From an uncultured Acidobacteriaceae bacterium (lineage in GTDB: Bacteria; Acidobacteriota; Terriglobia; Terriglobales; Acidobacteriaceae), in the NCBI GenBank assembly GCA_963836875.1, contig CAWIKZ010000004.1, forward strand, positions 48,387-112,386: a stretch of 64,000 nt of DNA, read 5' to 3'. The position numbers and the translations under genes were made by a program. The notes below the pieces were generated by a model. The model ran no database searches and was not told the origin of the DNA. It saw nothing but the letters and a program-made list of their open reading frames with translations. Shown here piece by piece: positions 36,125-44,740 of the stretch; the stretch's first letter is position 1; each line of letters opens with the position of its first letter.

Positions 36125-36502
36125 TTAGCTGGCTCCCGCCACCATGAATTTGGCCTTGCTGCCTACCAGATCTTCCTTCTTCAAGGGATATCCAGCGATG
36201 ATTTTGCCCCGCACATTACGTTTCATTGGGATGGGCTTACAAACAGCGTCCTTGCGAGCGCGCGGCGCCGGACGGGTCAGCCCAGGACCAGAGATGGCGG
36301 AATAATCCTGCCGCTCCGCGAAGCCGGGCAACAGGTCGGCGGTGCCGCTGGCCTCCTTGGGGCCGGCCACGCCGATTCCATTCACGACCTCGATATACCA
36401 GATCGTAGCGCATTCGGCACACTTAGTGGTGCCCTTGAAGTTCCAAAAGGGGTAGGGATCAAGGAAATTCTTAGTCTTACACTTGGAGCATGTGAGCAAC
36501 AT
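36125..36502 (-). CDS. hypothetical zinc-ribbon protein
   Basis: MLLTCSKCKTKNFLDPYPFWNFKGTTKCAECAT = CxxC...CxxC ribbon. Basic/disordered middle and conserved-looking tail RNVRGKIIAGYPLKKEDLVGSKAKF. Lies 12 nt downstream of the CoA-transferase stop. Confidence 0.5.
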   Translation of the reverse strand: MLLTCSKCKTKNFLDPYPFWNFKGTTKCAECATIWYIEVVNGIGVAGPKEASGTADLLPGFAERQDYSAISGPGLTRPAPRARKDAVCKPIPMKRNVRGKIIAGYPLKKEDLVGSKAKFMVAGAS

Positions 36503-36514
36503 AGTTGTTCTCCG

Positions 36515-37879
36515 TCAGATGCACTCTTGGTCTTCCAGCCGTTTAATATCGTCAGGCGTCAGTCCGGCAAGCTTGCCGAAGATGTACTCGTTATCGGCGC
36601 CCACCGGTTTCAGGGCCCATTTGAGCCGGGGCGGAGTCGCCGACATTTTGTACGCCGGCCCCTGGTGCAACAGTTCACCGTACGTCGGGTCATCCAGCCA
36701 GCGAACCGCTCCCCGCTCATTCCAATGCGGATGTTCGGCGACTTCTTTGGCGTTCCATACCGGCTGGTTAATGATGTTGTTCGCATCCATGATGGCGGCC
36801 ACCTGTTCCTTGGTCTTGTCGGCCGCCCACTTCTCCAGGGCCGGATAAATCTCCATCTGGCTCTCGGCCTTGACGCGAATATCGGCCTTGGCGTACTTGC
36901 CGGCCAAGGTGGTGTCGCCAATGGCCTTGCATAGGCGGGCAAAGTCCTTGTCCGCAGACGCGCTGATCAGGATATAACCTTCTTCCATCTCTTGCGGATT
37001 CTCAGAGTTGGGATAGGAGGACTTGCCGCACTTGATGATGCCATGCACGCAAAGCTGCGTGTCCCAGTTGCCCCATCGTTCACGAGTGATACCGTGCTTG
37101 CCGTAGAGCGGCAAAGCATACTCCAGTTGGCGGGTGACACCGTGCACCTGCGAATACTCGGTAAAGGTGCCTTCGCCGGACACGTGATCACGCCAATACA
37201 GCGCCGCTAAGACTTGGGTCGCGCCCATCATGCCGCCCCAGTAATCGGCCAGCCAAATGGTGTGCTTCGCGGGAGCGCCGCCGAGAAACTCCTGCTTGCC
37301 GGTCATACCGAAGTTGCCGCCCTGCGACTGACCCAGAATGTCGTAGGAGGCGCGTACGCGTCCCGGACCCCAGCCGCCAAACCCACCCAGCCAGCAGTAG
37401 ATGAGCCGGGGATTGATCTCCTTCAACTGGCGGTATCCGATGCCCCAACGGTCGAAGGTGCCGGGGCGGTAATTCTCCACAAAAACATCTGATTTCGCAG
37501 CCAGGTTCTTAACGAGGTCCTGGCCTTCTTTCTTGTGAAAGTCGATCGAGACGAAGTGCTCGTTCGGGTTGGCGCCCAGAAAGCCGAGTCCGGTGCCGCG
37601 CTCTGGTACCCACTTGGAAAGCGGATACAGGAATGGCTCATTAAATGGCGTGGTATGGCGCATGGCCTCGCCCCGCCGCGGCGCTTCGATCTTGATGACT
37701 TCAGCGCCAAGTTCGGCCAAATAGGATGCGCAGGAGGGGCCCAAAATATACTGCGTACAAGACAACACTCGGTAGCCCTTCAGCACTTCCGGTTTCGCAA
37801 ATTCTTTCTTGGGATTGAAGGTCTCCCGGCAATACGCCTCAAAGTTCTGCGGCTTGGTAGTGGGTTGCGTTGCCATCAC
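36515..37879 (-). CDS. family III (CaiB/BaiF) CoA-transferase, large form, paralog B
   Basis: LKGYRVLSCTQYILGPSCASYLAELGAEVIKIEAPRRGEAMR (N-terminal Rossmann-like CoA site), VENYRPGTFDRWGIGY, INPRLIYCWLGGFG. Confidence 0.85.
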   Translation of the reverse strand: MMATQPTTKPQNFEAYCRETFNPKKEFAKPEVLKGYRVLSCTQYILGPSCASYLAELGAEVIKIEAPRRGEAMRHTTPFNEPFLYPLSKWVPERGTGLGFLGANPNEHFVSIDFHKKEGQDLVKNLAAKSDVFVENYRPGTFDRWGIGYRQLKEINPRLIYCWLGGFGGWGPGRVRASYDILGQSQGGNFGMTGKQEFLGGAPAKHTIWLADYWGGMMGATQVLAALYWRDHVSGEGTFTEYSQVHGVTRQLEYALPLYGKHGITRERWGNWDTQLCVHGIIKCGKSSYPNSENPQEMEEGYILISASADKDFARLCKAIGDTTLAGKYAKADIRVKAESQMEIYPALEKWAADKTKEQVAAIMDANNIINQPVWNAKEVAEHPHWNERGAVRWLDDPTYGELLHQGPAYKMSATPPRLKWALKPVGADNEYIFGKLAGLTPDDIKRLEDQECI

Positions 37880-37891
37880 ATTCCTCCTGCG

Positions 37892-39298
37892 TCAAATGAC
37901 GTTCGCCTTCTGCAGCCGCTCGAAATCGTCACGCGTGAAGCCGAGCAGACTGCGATATGTATCCTGGTTGTCGTAGCCGGTGGGCCGGCCCATCCACTTC
38001 AGCCGCCCAGGAGTCTTATGTTGCAGGTAAGGAGTGGTGCCGTAGAGGATCTTCCCATAGTGCGGCGAGTCGTACTCGGCCACGTGCCCGCGATATTTAA
38101 AGTGCGGGTATTCGGCCACCTCGTTCACATAGAGCACGCCGCCGGACGCCACTTGCTGTTTGCCAAGTTTGGCTTCGGCTTCACTGCGAGAGTTGTCTTT
38201 CAGCCACTCGCCCAGCATAGTGTAAGTCTTGACCTGCATATCGTGACCCAGCCGGTCGGCCACCTCGCGCAGGTGGGGATCGCCGAGGATGTCCTCTTCG
38301 ACCTTGGGCTGCTCGTCGCCCACGGTACGCCAGATGCGGTACCACAAGCGGTCGTGGCCGCCTCCCACCATCATGTAGCCGTCTTTGCAGGGGTTCACGG
38401 CGTAAATGTTGATGGCCAAGTCCCAGTTGCCGTAGCGCGGACGAATGCTGCCGTCCATCGAGTACCACGCCCAACTATAATCGAGGATGCGGATGATGGC
38501 TTCGGCGGCCGTAGCTTCGACAAACTGGCCCTCGCCAGAAATGTTTTCCCGATAGATGAGGGCCGCCAGGATGCCCATGGCCGCTGAACTTCCGCCTACG
38601 TGGTCGGCCATCCACAGAGCAGAGCGCGTGGGTTGTCCGCCGAACTCCTTGGGATCACCGGTGCCGTGGACAAATCCGCAGGCTGCCTGGGCCACCGGAT
38701 CCAGCATTCCCGGTTGGTCCTTGAGGGGGCCCCACTGTCCGCGCTGGCCCACCCAGCAGTAAATCAGCCGGGGATTAATTTCGCGCAACTGGCGATAACC
38801 GATGCCCCAACCGTCCCACTGTCCCGGCGGTGCATTCTCGATGATCACGTCAGCGTGGACCGCGAGGTCCTTGAGAATCTGCCGGCCCTCTTCGGTTTCC
38901 AGGTTCAGGGTGATGGAGGATTTGTTGCGCATTTCGTGGAGAAACTGTGCGCCGACTTTCTCCCCAGTTTGCTTGTCCTCGAACATGTACTCTTGCCGGC
39001 CAAAGGGCGTGAGCTGGCGCAACGGGTCACCGCCCGGAGGCTCGACCTGGATGACCTCGGCGCCCAGTTCGGCCAGTTGCGAGGAGCACCAATGGCCAAT
39101 CATCATTCGGGTGCTGCAGTCCAACACACGAAAACGGGAAAGCGCTTCCGGTTTTTCGAAATTATGTTCCTGGCGCGTGATCGATTCCAGGAAAAGCGGG
39201 TACTCCTTGGCTTGGTCACTCAGCCCGGCGTACACCTCTTCGGGTTTGAGTTTGGGAATCGCTGGCCAAGCTGCGACCTTGTCTTGAGCTGCTGCCAT
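37892..39298 (-). CDS. family III (CaiB/BaiF) CoA-transferase, large form, paralog A
   Basis: LSRFRVLDCSTRMMIGHWCSSQLAELGAEVIQVEPPGGDPLRQ, IENAPPGQWDGWGIGY, INPRLIYCWVGQRG. Colinear with 36515..37879; 12-nt spacer. Confidence 0.85.
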   Translation of the reverse strand: MAAAQDKVAAWPAIPKLKPEEVYAGLSDQAKEYPLFLESITRQEHNFEKPEALSRFRVLDCSTRMMIGHWCSSQLAELGAEVIQVEPPGGDPLRQLTPFGRQEYMFEDKQTGEKVGAQFLHEMRNKSSITLNLETEEGRQILKDLAVHADVIIENAPPGQWDGWGIGYRQLREINPRLIYCWVGQRGQWGPLKDQPGMLDPVAQAACGFVHGTGDPKEFGGQPTRSALWMADHVGGSSAAMGILAALIYRENISGEGQFVEATAAEAIIRILDYSWAWYSMDGSIRPRYGNWDLAINIYAVNPCKDGYMMVGGGHDRLWYRIWRTVGDEQPKVEEDILGDPHLREVADRLGHDMQVKTYTMLGEWLKDNSRSEAEAKLGKQQVASGGVLYVNEVAEYPHFKYRGHVAEYDSPHYGKILYGTTPYLQHKTPGRLKWMGRPTGYDNQDTYRSLLGFTRDDFERLQKANVI

Positions 39299-39546
39299 GT
39301 GTGTGGCCTCCTAATACCGGTGGTAGGTGAGTTGCCACCAAAACGAGTGCTGTCCACTATATCTCGGGCGAAGGGCCGTTGGAAGCTAATAAAACGCTTG
39401 CAGTTTCAAACGGGGCCTGACACTTCCATTCGAAATCGTATTCACGCCGGCTTCGAGTCGCGCATTTGCCGCCGGACTCTATCCGTTGAAAATCAAACTC
39501 TTTGTCAATTGGGGGCAGATTATCTTATGCGGCTGAGAGCCCCGTC

Positions 39547-39562
39547 TGTGACTGCGGTCACA
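39547..39562. promoter_or_regulatory. perfect CRP-consensus palindrome TGTGA-CTGCGG-TCACA
   Basis: Lies in the 307-nt gap between the amidohydrolase stop (39606) and the CoA-transferase start (39298), about 250 nt upstream of the latter. Confidence 0.4.
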
Positions 39563-39605
39563 TTCGTCGGTGAGTTGCGACCAACTGGCGAAAAGCCGGT
39601 TGCCC

Positions 39606-40451
39606 TCAATCCGGCCAGATGGTAAGCGCCACTTGGCCGAGAATGAGCCGCTTGGTTTCCGCCGACAATGGCAACGCCCGGAAGGAGTCGAGGGCTTCCT
39701 TGATCTCGTGCACACCTGGCCCTGGCCAGTCGCTGCCGAAGAGCGTTTTGTGGGCGATCTCTTCCAGGCGAGGAAAGTACTGCAGCAGGTGAACCGGCGG
39801 AATGCTGCTGATGTCCAAATAAACATTGGCATGGCGGCGTACCAGGAAAAAGGCGGTGCTCATCCAGAGAGGCCGGCCTCCATGGGCAAGCACAATCTTC
39901 AGGTGCGGGAAATCGACGGCTACATCGTCGACGTGGATCGGGTCTCCGTACTTGTTGCGCGCCCCAGGAAAGATTGAGGTGCCGGTGTGAAACATAATGG
40001 GGATGCCGTGGCTCTGCGCTGCTCGGTACAACAGCTCCAGCTCTTTCAAACCATTGCGGTAGTCGTTGGGGTAGAAGAGTTGATGCGGGGGATGGATCTT
40101 GATCAGCCGCAAACCCAGCCGGACTATCTCATCGATGTCCGCCATGGCATTGGTCGAGTACCGCGGATGGAAGCCGCCACAGGAGAGGAGCCGCCGAGGG
40201 GCCGCCTTGGCATAGTCTGCGGCCATGGCGTTAAGTCCAGCGGGAAAGCCGGTGACATCGGGCGCGGCCGCGTTGATCAGCACGGCGCGGTCCAGCCCGG
40301 CCTCGTCCATGTATTTCAGAAAAGCTTTGGGCGAGCGGGTGAACTCCAAGACCCGATCGAAATCGGGCTGATGCTTTTTCATGAGCTCCAGGGCCGGGGG
40401 GTTCAGCAGGAGTTCGAACGGCTGGATATGGACGTGGCAGTCGGTGATCAA
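39606..40451 (-). CDS. amidohydrolase-2 family metal-dependent hydrolase/decarboxylase (ACMSD/LigW/LigI superfamily)
   Basis: MITDCHVHIQP (HxH metal motif), IPIMFHTG, KIVLAHGGRP, LFGSDWPG (terminal Asp). Confidence 0.8.
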   Translation of the reverse strand: MITDCHVHIQPFELLLNPPALELMKKHQPDFDRVLEFTRSPKAFLKYMDEAGLDRAVLINAAAPDVTGFPAGLNAMAADYAKAAPRRLLSCGGFHPRYSTNAMADIDEIVRLGLRLIKIHPPHQLFYPNDYRNGLKELELLYRAAQSHGIPIMFHTGTSIFPGARNKYGDPIHVDDVAVDFPHLKIVLAHGGRPLWMSTAFFLVRRHANVYLDISSIPPVHLLQYFPRLEEIAHKTLFGSDWPGPGVHEIKEALDSFRALPLSAETKRLILGQVALTIWPD

Positions 40452-40697
40452 GGAACTTGCCTGGGTCTTGTCTGGTAACGTGAGCGGGTTACAGGATCCG
40501 GGTGACCGGATCCTGCCCGGTCATGCATCTACAGGTGCGGAAGCCAAGTGCAGCAGCGGCATGGGAGAAATGGCTCTCATCCCCCCAAACCTATCGCGAC
40601 CCTTGGCGCCCGGTTTGAAAGCTCCTGTCGGCGACGCGATGTGGCCATTCTTGAGCACATCCACCAAGTCACTCAGGAGGCCAGCGGAATTGCCTCC

Positions 40698-41015
40698 TCA
40701 AGCCGCCTTGCCGCTTACGATCTTGTGGCAGGTCGAGGTCTGCACGTCGAAGGCATGTACCTTGGGCTTGCTGTGCACCAAATGTTGAATCAATTCGGCG
40801 ACCTTGGCGTAATCTTCATGGGTGTAACGTTCGGCATCCTCCTTCGTCTTCCAGAAGCTTTGTGCCAGGATGCCTTCCGCATCCGACACCAGTACGATTT
40901 CATCTACAAAGCCTGTCTGCGCTTTTAACGTAGACAGCACCTTCTCATGCAGCACGCTGCAAACCTCTTTGGCTTTCCCAGGCTTAGTCTTGACTTCCAC
41001 AACACGAACAAACAT
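40698..41015 (-). CDS. ABM/Dabb-fold (antibiotic-biosynthesis-monooxygenase-like) small protein
   Basis: ORF 40698..41219; ATG 41015: MFVRVVEVKTKPGKAKEVCSVLHEKVLSTLKAQTGFVDEIVLVSDAEGILAQSFWKTKEDAERY. This is a ferredoxin-like beta-alpha-beta pattern of about 105 aa. Confidence 0.55.
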   Translation of the reverse strand: MFVRVVEVKTKPGKAKEVCSVLHEKVLSTLKAQTGFVDEIVLVSDAEGILAQSFWKTKEDAERYTHEDYAKVAELIQHLVHSKPKVHAFDVQTSTCHKIVSGKAA

Positions 41016-41110
41016 GGCAGATCTCCTTTTGATCGAAGTATGAAGGCTAACAACCGTCCATGAATAACGACGGTTGGAAAACGGACGCCGGCCTCGCGCT
41101 GCGCGCTTTC

Positions 41111-42082
41111 TTAGGCCGGTTGCGGCACCGGTTGACGCGCCTCGTTCAGCAGCACCAGAGTCATATTGCCGCGCCGGCTGTCGCGCTCCGCCCGGATGGC
41201 TTCCAGCCGTAAGCGCCACGGGTCAAGATCGAAAGGCTGATCCGCGGGCTTCGCCAGGCACGCGTCAATAAGCTCGCGGTAGAAGCGCACAATGCTGGCC
41301 ACCAAGGGCACAGGATACTCACGCCCCTGGATCTTCAGGCAGTGGACCCCCAGATCAATAAGCGCCGGGATATCGTCCAGGTAAAAGAAGGCGTCATTCT
41401 TGAGCGCGATTTGCGGTTCCAGCAGCGCTTCGCCATCGAACAGCTCCCACTGTTCCAGGCAGACGCGGTAATCCAGGCCGCCGCGGTTGGGGCTGCCGCG
41501 GAACAAGTCCTTGCCGAAGTTGTCGGTGGTCCGCTCCAAGCGGTGATAGGGTGACATCCAGCACTTGCCCAGGTAGGTGTAGCAGTTGTTGGCGTGGATG
41601 AGGACTTCGATGCCCGCATCCAGCTCCGCCTGGCGCGCCACCAGCTCGCGGAAGGTGAGCTTGGTGTCGGCCACTACTTGTGAGACCCCAATTGAGCGAT
41701 AGAACTTCACGTCCTGGTTGTTGACAATGTTGGCCCCAATGCTGGCGTGCAGCACAAGATGGGGAAACCGGCGGTGCACCTGCGCCATGGCGCCCACGTC
41801 GGTCATGATCGCTCCGTCCACGCCCCAGCCAACGAACTTGTCCATCTTCTGCAGCAACGAGGGGATTTCGCACGACTGCATGTTGGTATTGATAGCGACA
41901 CGCAGCTTGGCCCCGCCGGCGTGGGCGATTGCGATGGCTTCATGCAATTGCTCATCGGCCAGTTCGTAGGCATCGCGCCTCCGGCTCCAGCCCCGTGCCC
42001 CGACATAGATCGCATTGGCGCCGTTTTCCACGGCGGCCTTCACCATCTCCAGGTTTCCTGCCGGTGCTAATAGCTCAACCAT
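41111..42082 (-). CDS. peptidase-U32-family protein (UbiU/UbiV/TrhP/RlhA-type), copy C
   Basis: ATG 42082 follows GAGGTG: MVELLAPAGNLEMVKAAVENGANAIYVGARGWSRR (canonical U32 N-terminus). TIM-barrel-like repeats and a central Cys cluster (NNCYTYLGKCWMSPYH...RVCLEQW). Confidence 0.85.
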   Translation of the reverse strand: MVELLAPAGNLEMVKAAVENGANAIYVGARGWSRRRDAYELADEQLHEAIAIAHAGGAKLRVAINTNMQSCEIPSLLQKMDKFVGWGVDGAIMTDVGAMAQVHRRFPHLVLHASIGANIVNNQDVKFYRSIGVSQVVADTKLTFRELVARQAELDAGIEVLIHANNCYTYLGKCWMSPYHRLERTTDNFGKDLFRGSPNRGGLDYRVCLEQWELFDGEALLEPQIALKNDAFFYLDDIPALIDLGVHCLKIQGREYPVPLVASIVRFYRELIDACLAKPADQPFDLDPWRLRLEAIRAERDSRRGNMTLVLLNEARQPVPQPA

Positions 42083-42106
42083 CACACACCTCGAAATACG
42101 CAAGAA

Positions 42107-43039
42107 CTAACCGCAGGCCGCGATTGCTTCCACGCGTTTGCCGACATACTCGCTGCCGGTGCGGCCGAAATAAAAACCGTTGCACAAACCCACCGCCGTA
42201 TGCTCGCGGATCGCCTGCCACGCTGACTCGTCCACCGTCCCATCACCGGCGACGGCGCTCTCCAGCGCGGCGCGATAGACCTGTCCTATCTGAAGACGGT
42301 ACGCGGGTGTCTCGTAGGCCGCCTCGATCCGGAACACCCTATGGCCGGCGGCCACCAGGGCCGGTAGATGCTCGAGCATGCATAAGTCCTTGCCGCTCAG
42401 CACCCCCTTGCCCACCGACCGCATGGCCCAGTTACCCTGTTTGAGGAACAACTGTTTTTGGCAGAGCACCGGGCATTTCTCCGGCCAGTGCTGCTCATAC
42501 TCCAGCAAGAAGCAGTAATCGGAGACCCCCAGCGGCATCTTGCCATGGACCTGGATCTCTGCCGGCATACCGGCGCCACGGGTAATGGATTCCACTTCGT
42601 CCAGGCTGATCTCGTAATTTGGCGTGAAGCGCACCGCGCCATACTCCTTCAGCACCTCGGCCCCGGCGTCGGTGTACACGTTGGCAAATCCGCCGACGTG
42701 TGCCGCCATTCCGGGAAACTGCTCGTGGACCATGCGCAGCACGCCGAGGTTATGCACCTCGACCGCGTCGGCGCCGGCCGCAGCCGCGGTCTCCAGAGCC
42801 ATCTGCACTTTGGGCAGCGCGTCATTCCTCGGCGCAGCGTACGAGGTCACATAGGCCCGCAAGCCCTGGTCCTTTACCCGCGCGATGCCTTCCTTAAGGT
42901 CATCCGTGCGCTCCAGAAAATTGTCCTCGAAGAGGCGGCAATAAATGTTGCCCAGGTACACCGCGTCATAAGCGCTCAGGTCCGATTCCAGCAAGCTGCG
43001 CAGGTTGGAGATTGTCGTATTTAGTTCGACGCTACCCAT
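42107..43039 (-). CDS. divergent peptidase-U32-like protein, copy B
   Basis: Same size and periodicity as the neighbours (AVYLGNIYCRLF, ADAVEVHNLGVLRMV, IQVHGKMPLGVSDYCFLLEYEQHWPEKCPVLCQKQ). The start abuts the stop of copy A (43040). Confidence 0.65.
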   Translation of the reverse strand: MGSVELNTTISNLRSLLESDLSAYDAVYLGNIYCRLFEDNFLERTDDLKEGIARVKDQGLRAYVTSYAAPRNDALPKVQMALETAAAAGADAVEVHNLGVLRMVHEQFPGMAAHVGGFANVYTDAGAEVLKEYGAVRFTPNYEISLDEVESITRGAGMPAEIQVHGKMPLGVSDYCFLLEYEQHWPEKCPVLCQKQLFLKQGNWAMRSVGKGVLSGKDLCMLEHLPALVAAGHRVFRIEAAYETPAYRLQIGQVYRAALESAVAGDGTVDESAWQAIREHTAVGLCNGFYFGRTGSEYVGKRVEAIAACG

Positions 43040-43930
43040 TCAACGTCCTTGTACAGTCCACATGGCCGGCAGTCTAGGTGGGTCCCATTCGCCCTTTTGC
43101 CCGCACTTCCAGGCATCCGCAGCCGAACGGTATATCCCGATGATAACACTCACCATCTCCGCCGAAAGGCTGCGCCCCTGGATTTTAATTACGTCCACCC
43201 CCGCATCGAGGAAGGCTGCCAGTTCGGCCACCCGGCTGATCTGGCGGCTGGGAAACAAGCGCTGGTCAGCCTCAACTCCATCGTTCAGCAGCGTCCATGG
43301 CTGCTGGCAGATGCGGAAGCAAGTGCCGACTCCGCCCCGTTTGACGCTGCCGCCCAGGCGTTGCGCAGGAAAGATCCGGTCGGCCGCGGCGAAGTGTACA
43401 TAACTTGGCATCCAGCACTTCCCCAGTTGAATGAACTCTTGCACCATGTGCAGCATGACCTCGACCTGGATCGAAGCCTTGGCCTTGATGGCCGCGATTT
43501 CCTCCGGTTCGAGATACCCTGGCAGGACAATCGCAGTTGCGCCCAGGTCCTGGTAAAAAAGGGCGTCGTCGGTATTCAGCGCACCGCAGCCAATGCTGGC
43601 CGTGATGGCCAATCCCGGCAGTTTCCGCCTGACTTCGCGCAGAAACCCGGCGTCGTTCAGGATCACTGCCTGCAGTCCCCAGTCCGCCAATTCGGACAGT
43701 TGCTGCAGCAGCCGTTGGCGCTCCGGCGGCTTGGGAATGATGTTTGCCGCAAGTTGCACCCTTTTGCCGAGCGCGTGAGCCAGTTCGATGCACTGCCGCA
43801 ACTGCTCACGATCAAATTCGCCTCGCGCGCCGCCACGGCTCCAGCCCTTTAGTCCCACGTACACCGCGTCCGCGCCTGCCTGAAACGCCTGCTTGGCCGC
43901 CTCGAGATTGCCGGCAGGAGCCAGCAGCAT
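43040..43930 (-). CDS. peptidase-U32-family protein, copy A
   Basis: ORF 43040..44098. ATG 43930 gives the canonical MLLAPAGNLEAAKQAFQAGADAVYVGLKGWSRGG. Cys cluster LGKCWMPSYVH...GVGTCFRICQQPW. Alternative starts are 44020 and 44098. Confidence 0.8.
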   Translation of the reverse strand: MLLAPAGNLEAAKQAFQAGADAVYVGLKGWSRGGARGEFDREQLRQCIELAHALGKRVQLAANIIPKPPERQRLLQQLSELADWGLQAVILNDAGFLREVRRKLPGLAITASIGCGALNTDDALFYQDLGATAIVLPGYLEPEEIAAIKAKASIQVEVMLHMVQEFIQLGKCWMPSYVHFAAADRIFPAQRLGGSVKRGGVGTCFRICQQPWTLLNDGVEADQRLFPSRQISRVAELAAFLDAGVDVIKIQGRSLSAEMVSVIIGIYRSAADAWKCGQKGEWDPPRLPAMWTVQGR

Positions 43931-44207
43931 GGCACACCCCTTGGGCACGTCAATGCCGCAGCCCTGCGCAGTGGAAAGTGGGCTGGCCTGCAAAGGCCCA
44001 TAGCCCGGGATTGGTTCCATACCCAAGTTGGCCCCCAATTGCTCCCTGAGTCTGTGAGTAATGTCACGCCGAGGGGTGACGGCAAACATTGTCACCAATT
44101 CTACCAGTGACTTTGTGCATTTTCAGGCTGGCCCAACATCCCTGCGGCCGCCTTCTTCTACGTGACAGCGAAGACAATTCTCGGCTGGAGTTGCACCGGT
44201 CCGTGGC

Positions 44208-44612
44208 TCAAGAGCTTTGCGCCTGCTTGACGCGCTGCTTCTCTTCGAACCTGCTTTTGCTGACGATGGCCCGCTTGATGGTGCCGTGCCCGATAACCTC
44301 GCTGCCGTCGTGCGCGCTGACCTTGAAGGTGTAGAAGCGGCCATCGAACGACTCCAGCACCGCTTCGGCCTTTACCATGGCGTCGATTCCGCTCGCCGCG
44401 CGATGAGTGACGTTGACCGCCGTGCCGACACTGACCTCATCACCTTCGCAAAACGGCAGCAGCGCGTTGAAGCCCGCTTCCTCCATCCACTTGATCATGT
44501 ATGGAGTCGACAACACCGCAGGAAGCTCCTCTCGGAATGCCGTGAGGGTGTGCTGGAACTGGACCCGCTCTTCCACCTCTCCGCGCGCCCCGATGGGGAC
44601 TGGTTTCGCCAT
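44208..44612 (-). CDS. hotdog-fold acyl-CoA thioesterase, FlK-like family (paralog of 26555..26956)
   Basis: VLSTPYMIKWMEEAGFNALLPF...SVGTAVNVTHRAASGIDAMVKAEAVLESFDGRFYTFKVSAHDGSEVIGHGTIKRAIV. Thr/Glu/His positions are conserved with the other copy. Confidence 0.7.
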   Translation of the reverse strand: MAKPVPIGARGEVEERVQFQHTLTAFREELPAVLSTPYMIKWMEEAGFNALLPFCEGDEVSVGTAVNVTHRAASGIDAMVKAEAVLESFDGRFYTFKVSAHDGSEVIGHGTIKRAIVSKSRFEEKQRVKQAQSS

Positions 44613-44740
44613 CGTTTACAGTGTAGTGCCCGTTTTCTGCGGTGTCACTCCGGTTCGAGTGGAATGTTAGCCAGCACCTCCTCATCGCAAGGCACAGGGA
44701 CCTTCCGGCAGTATGGCTGCACTCAAATGCCGGATGCTCG

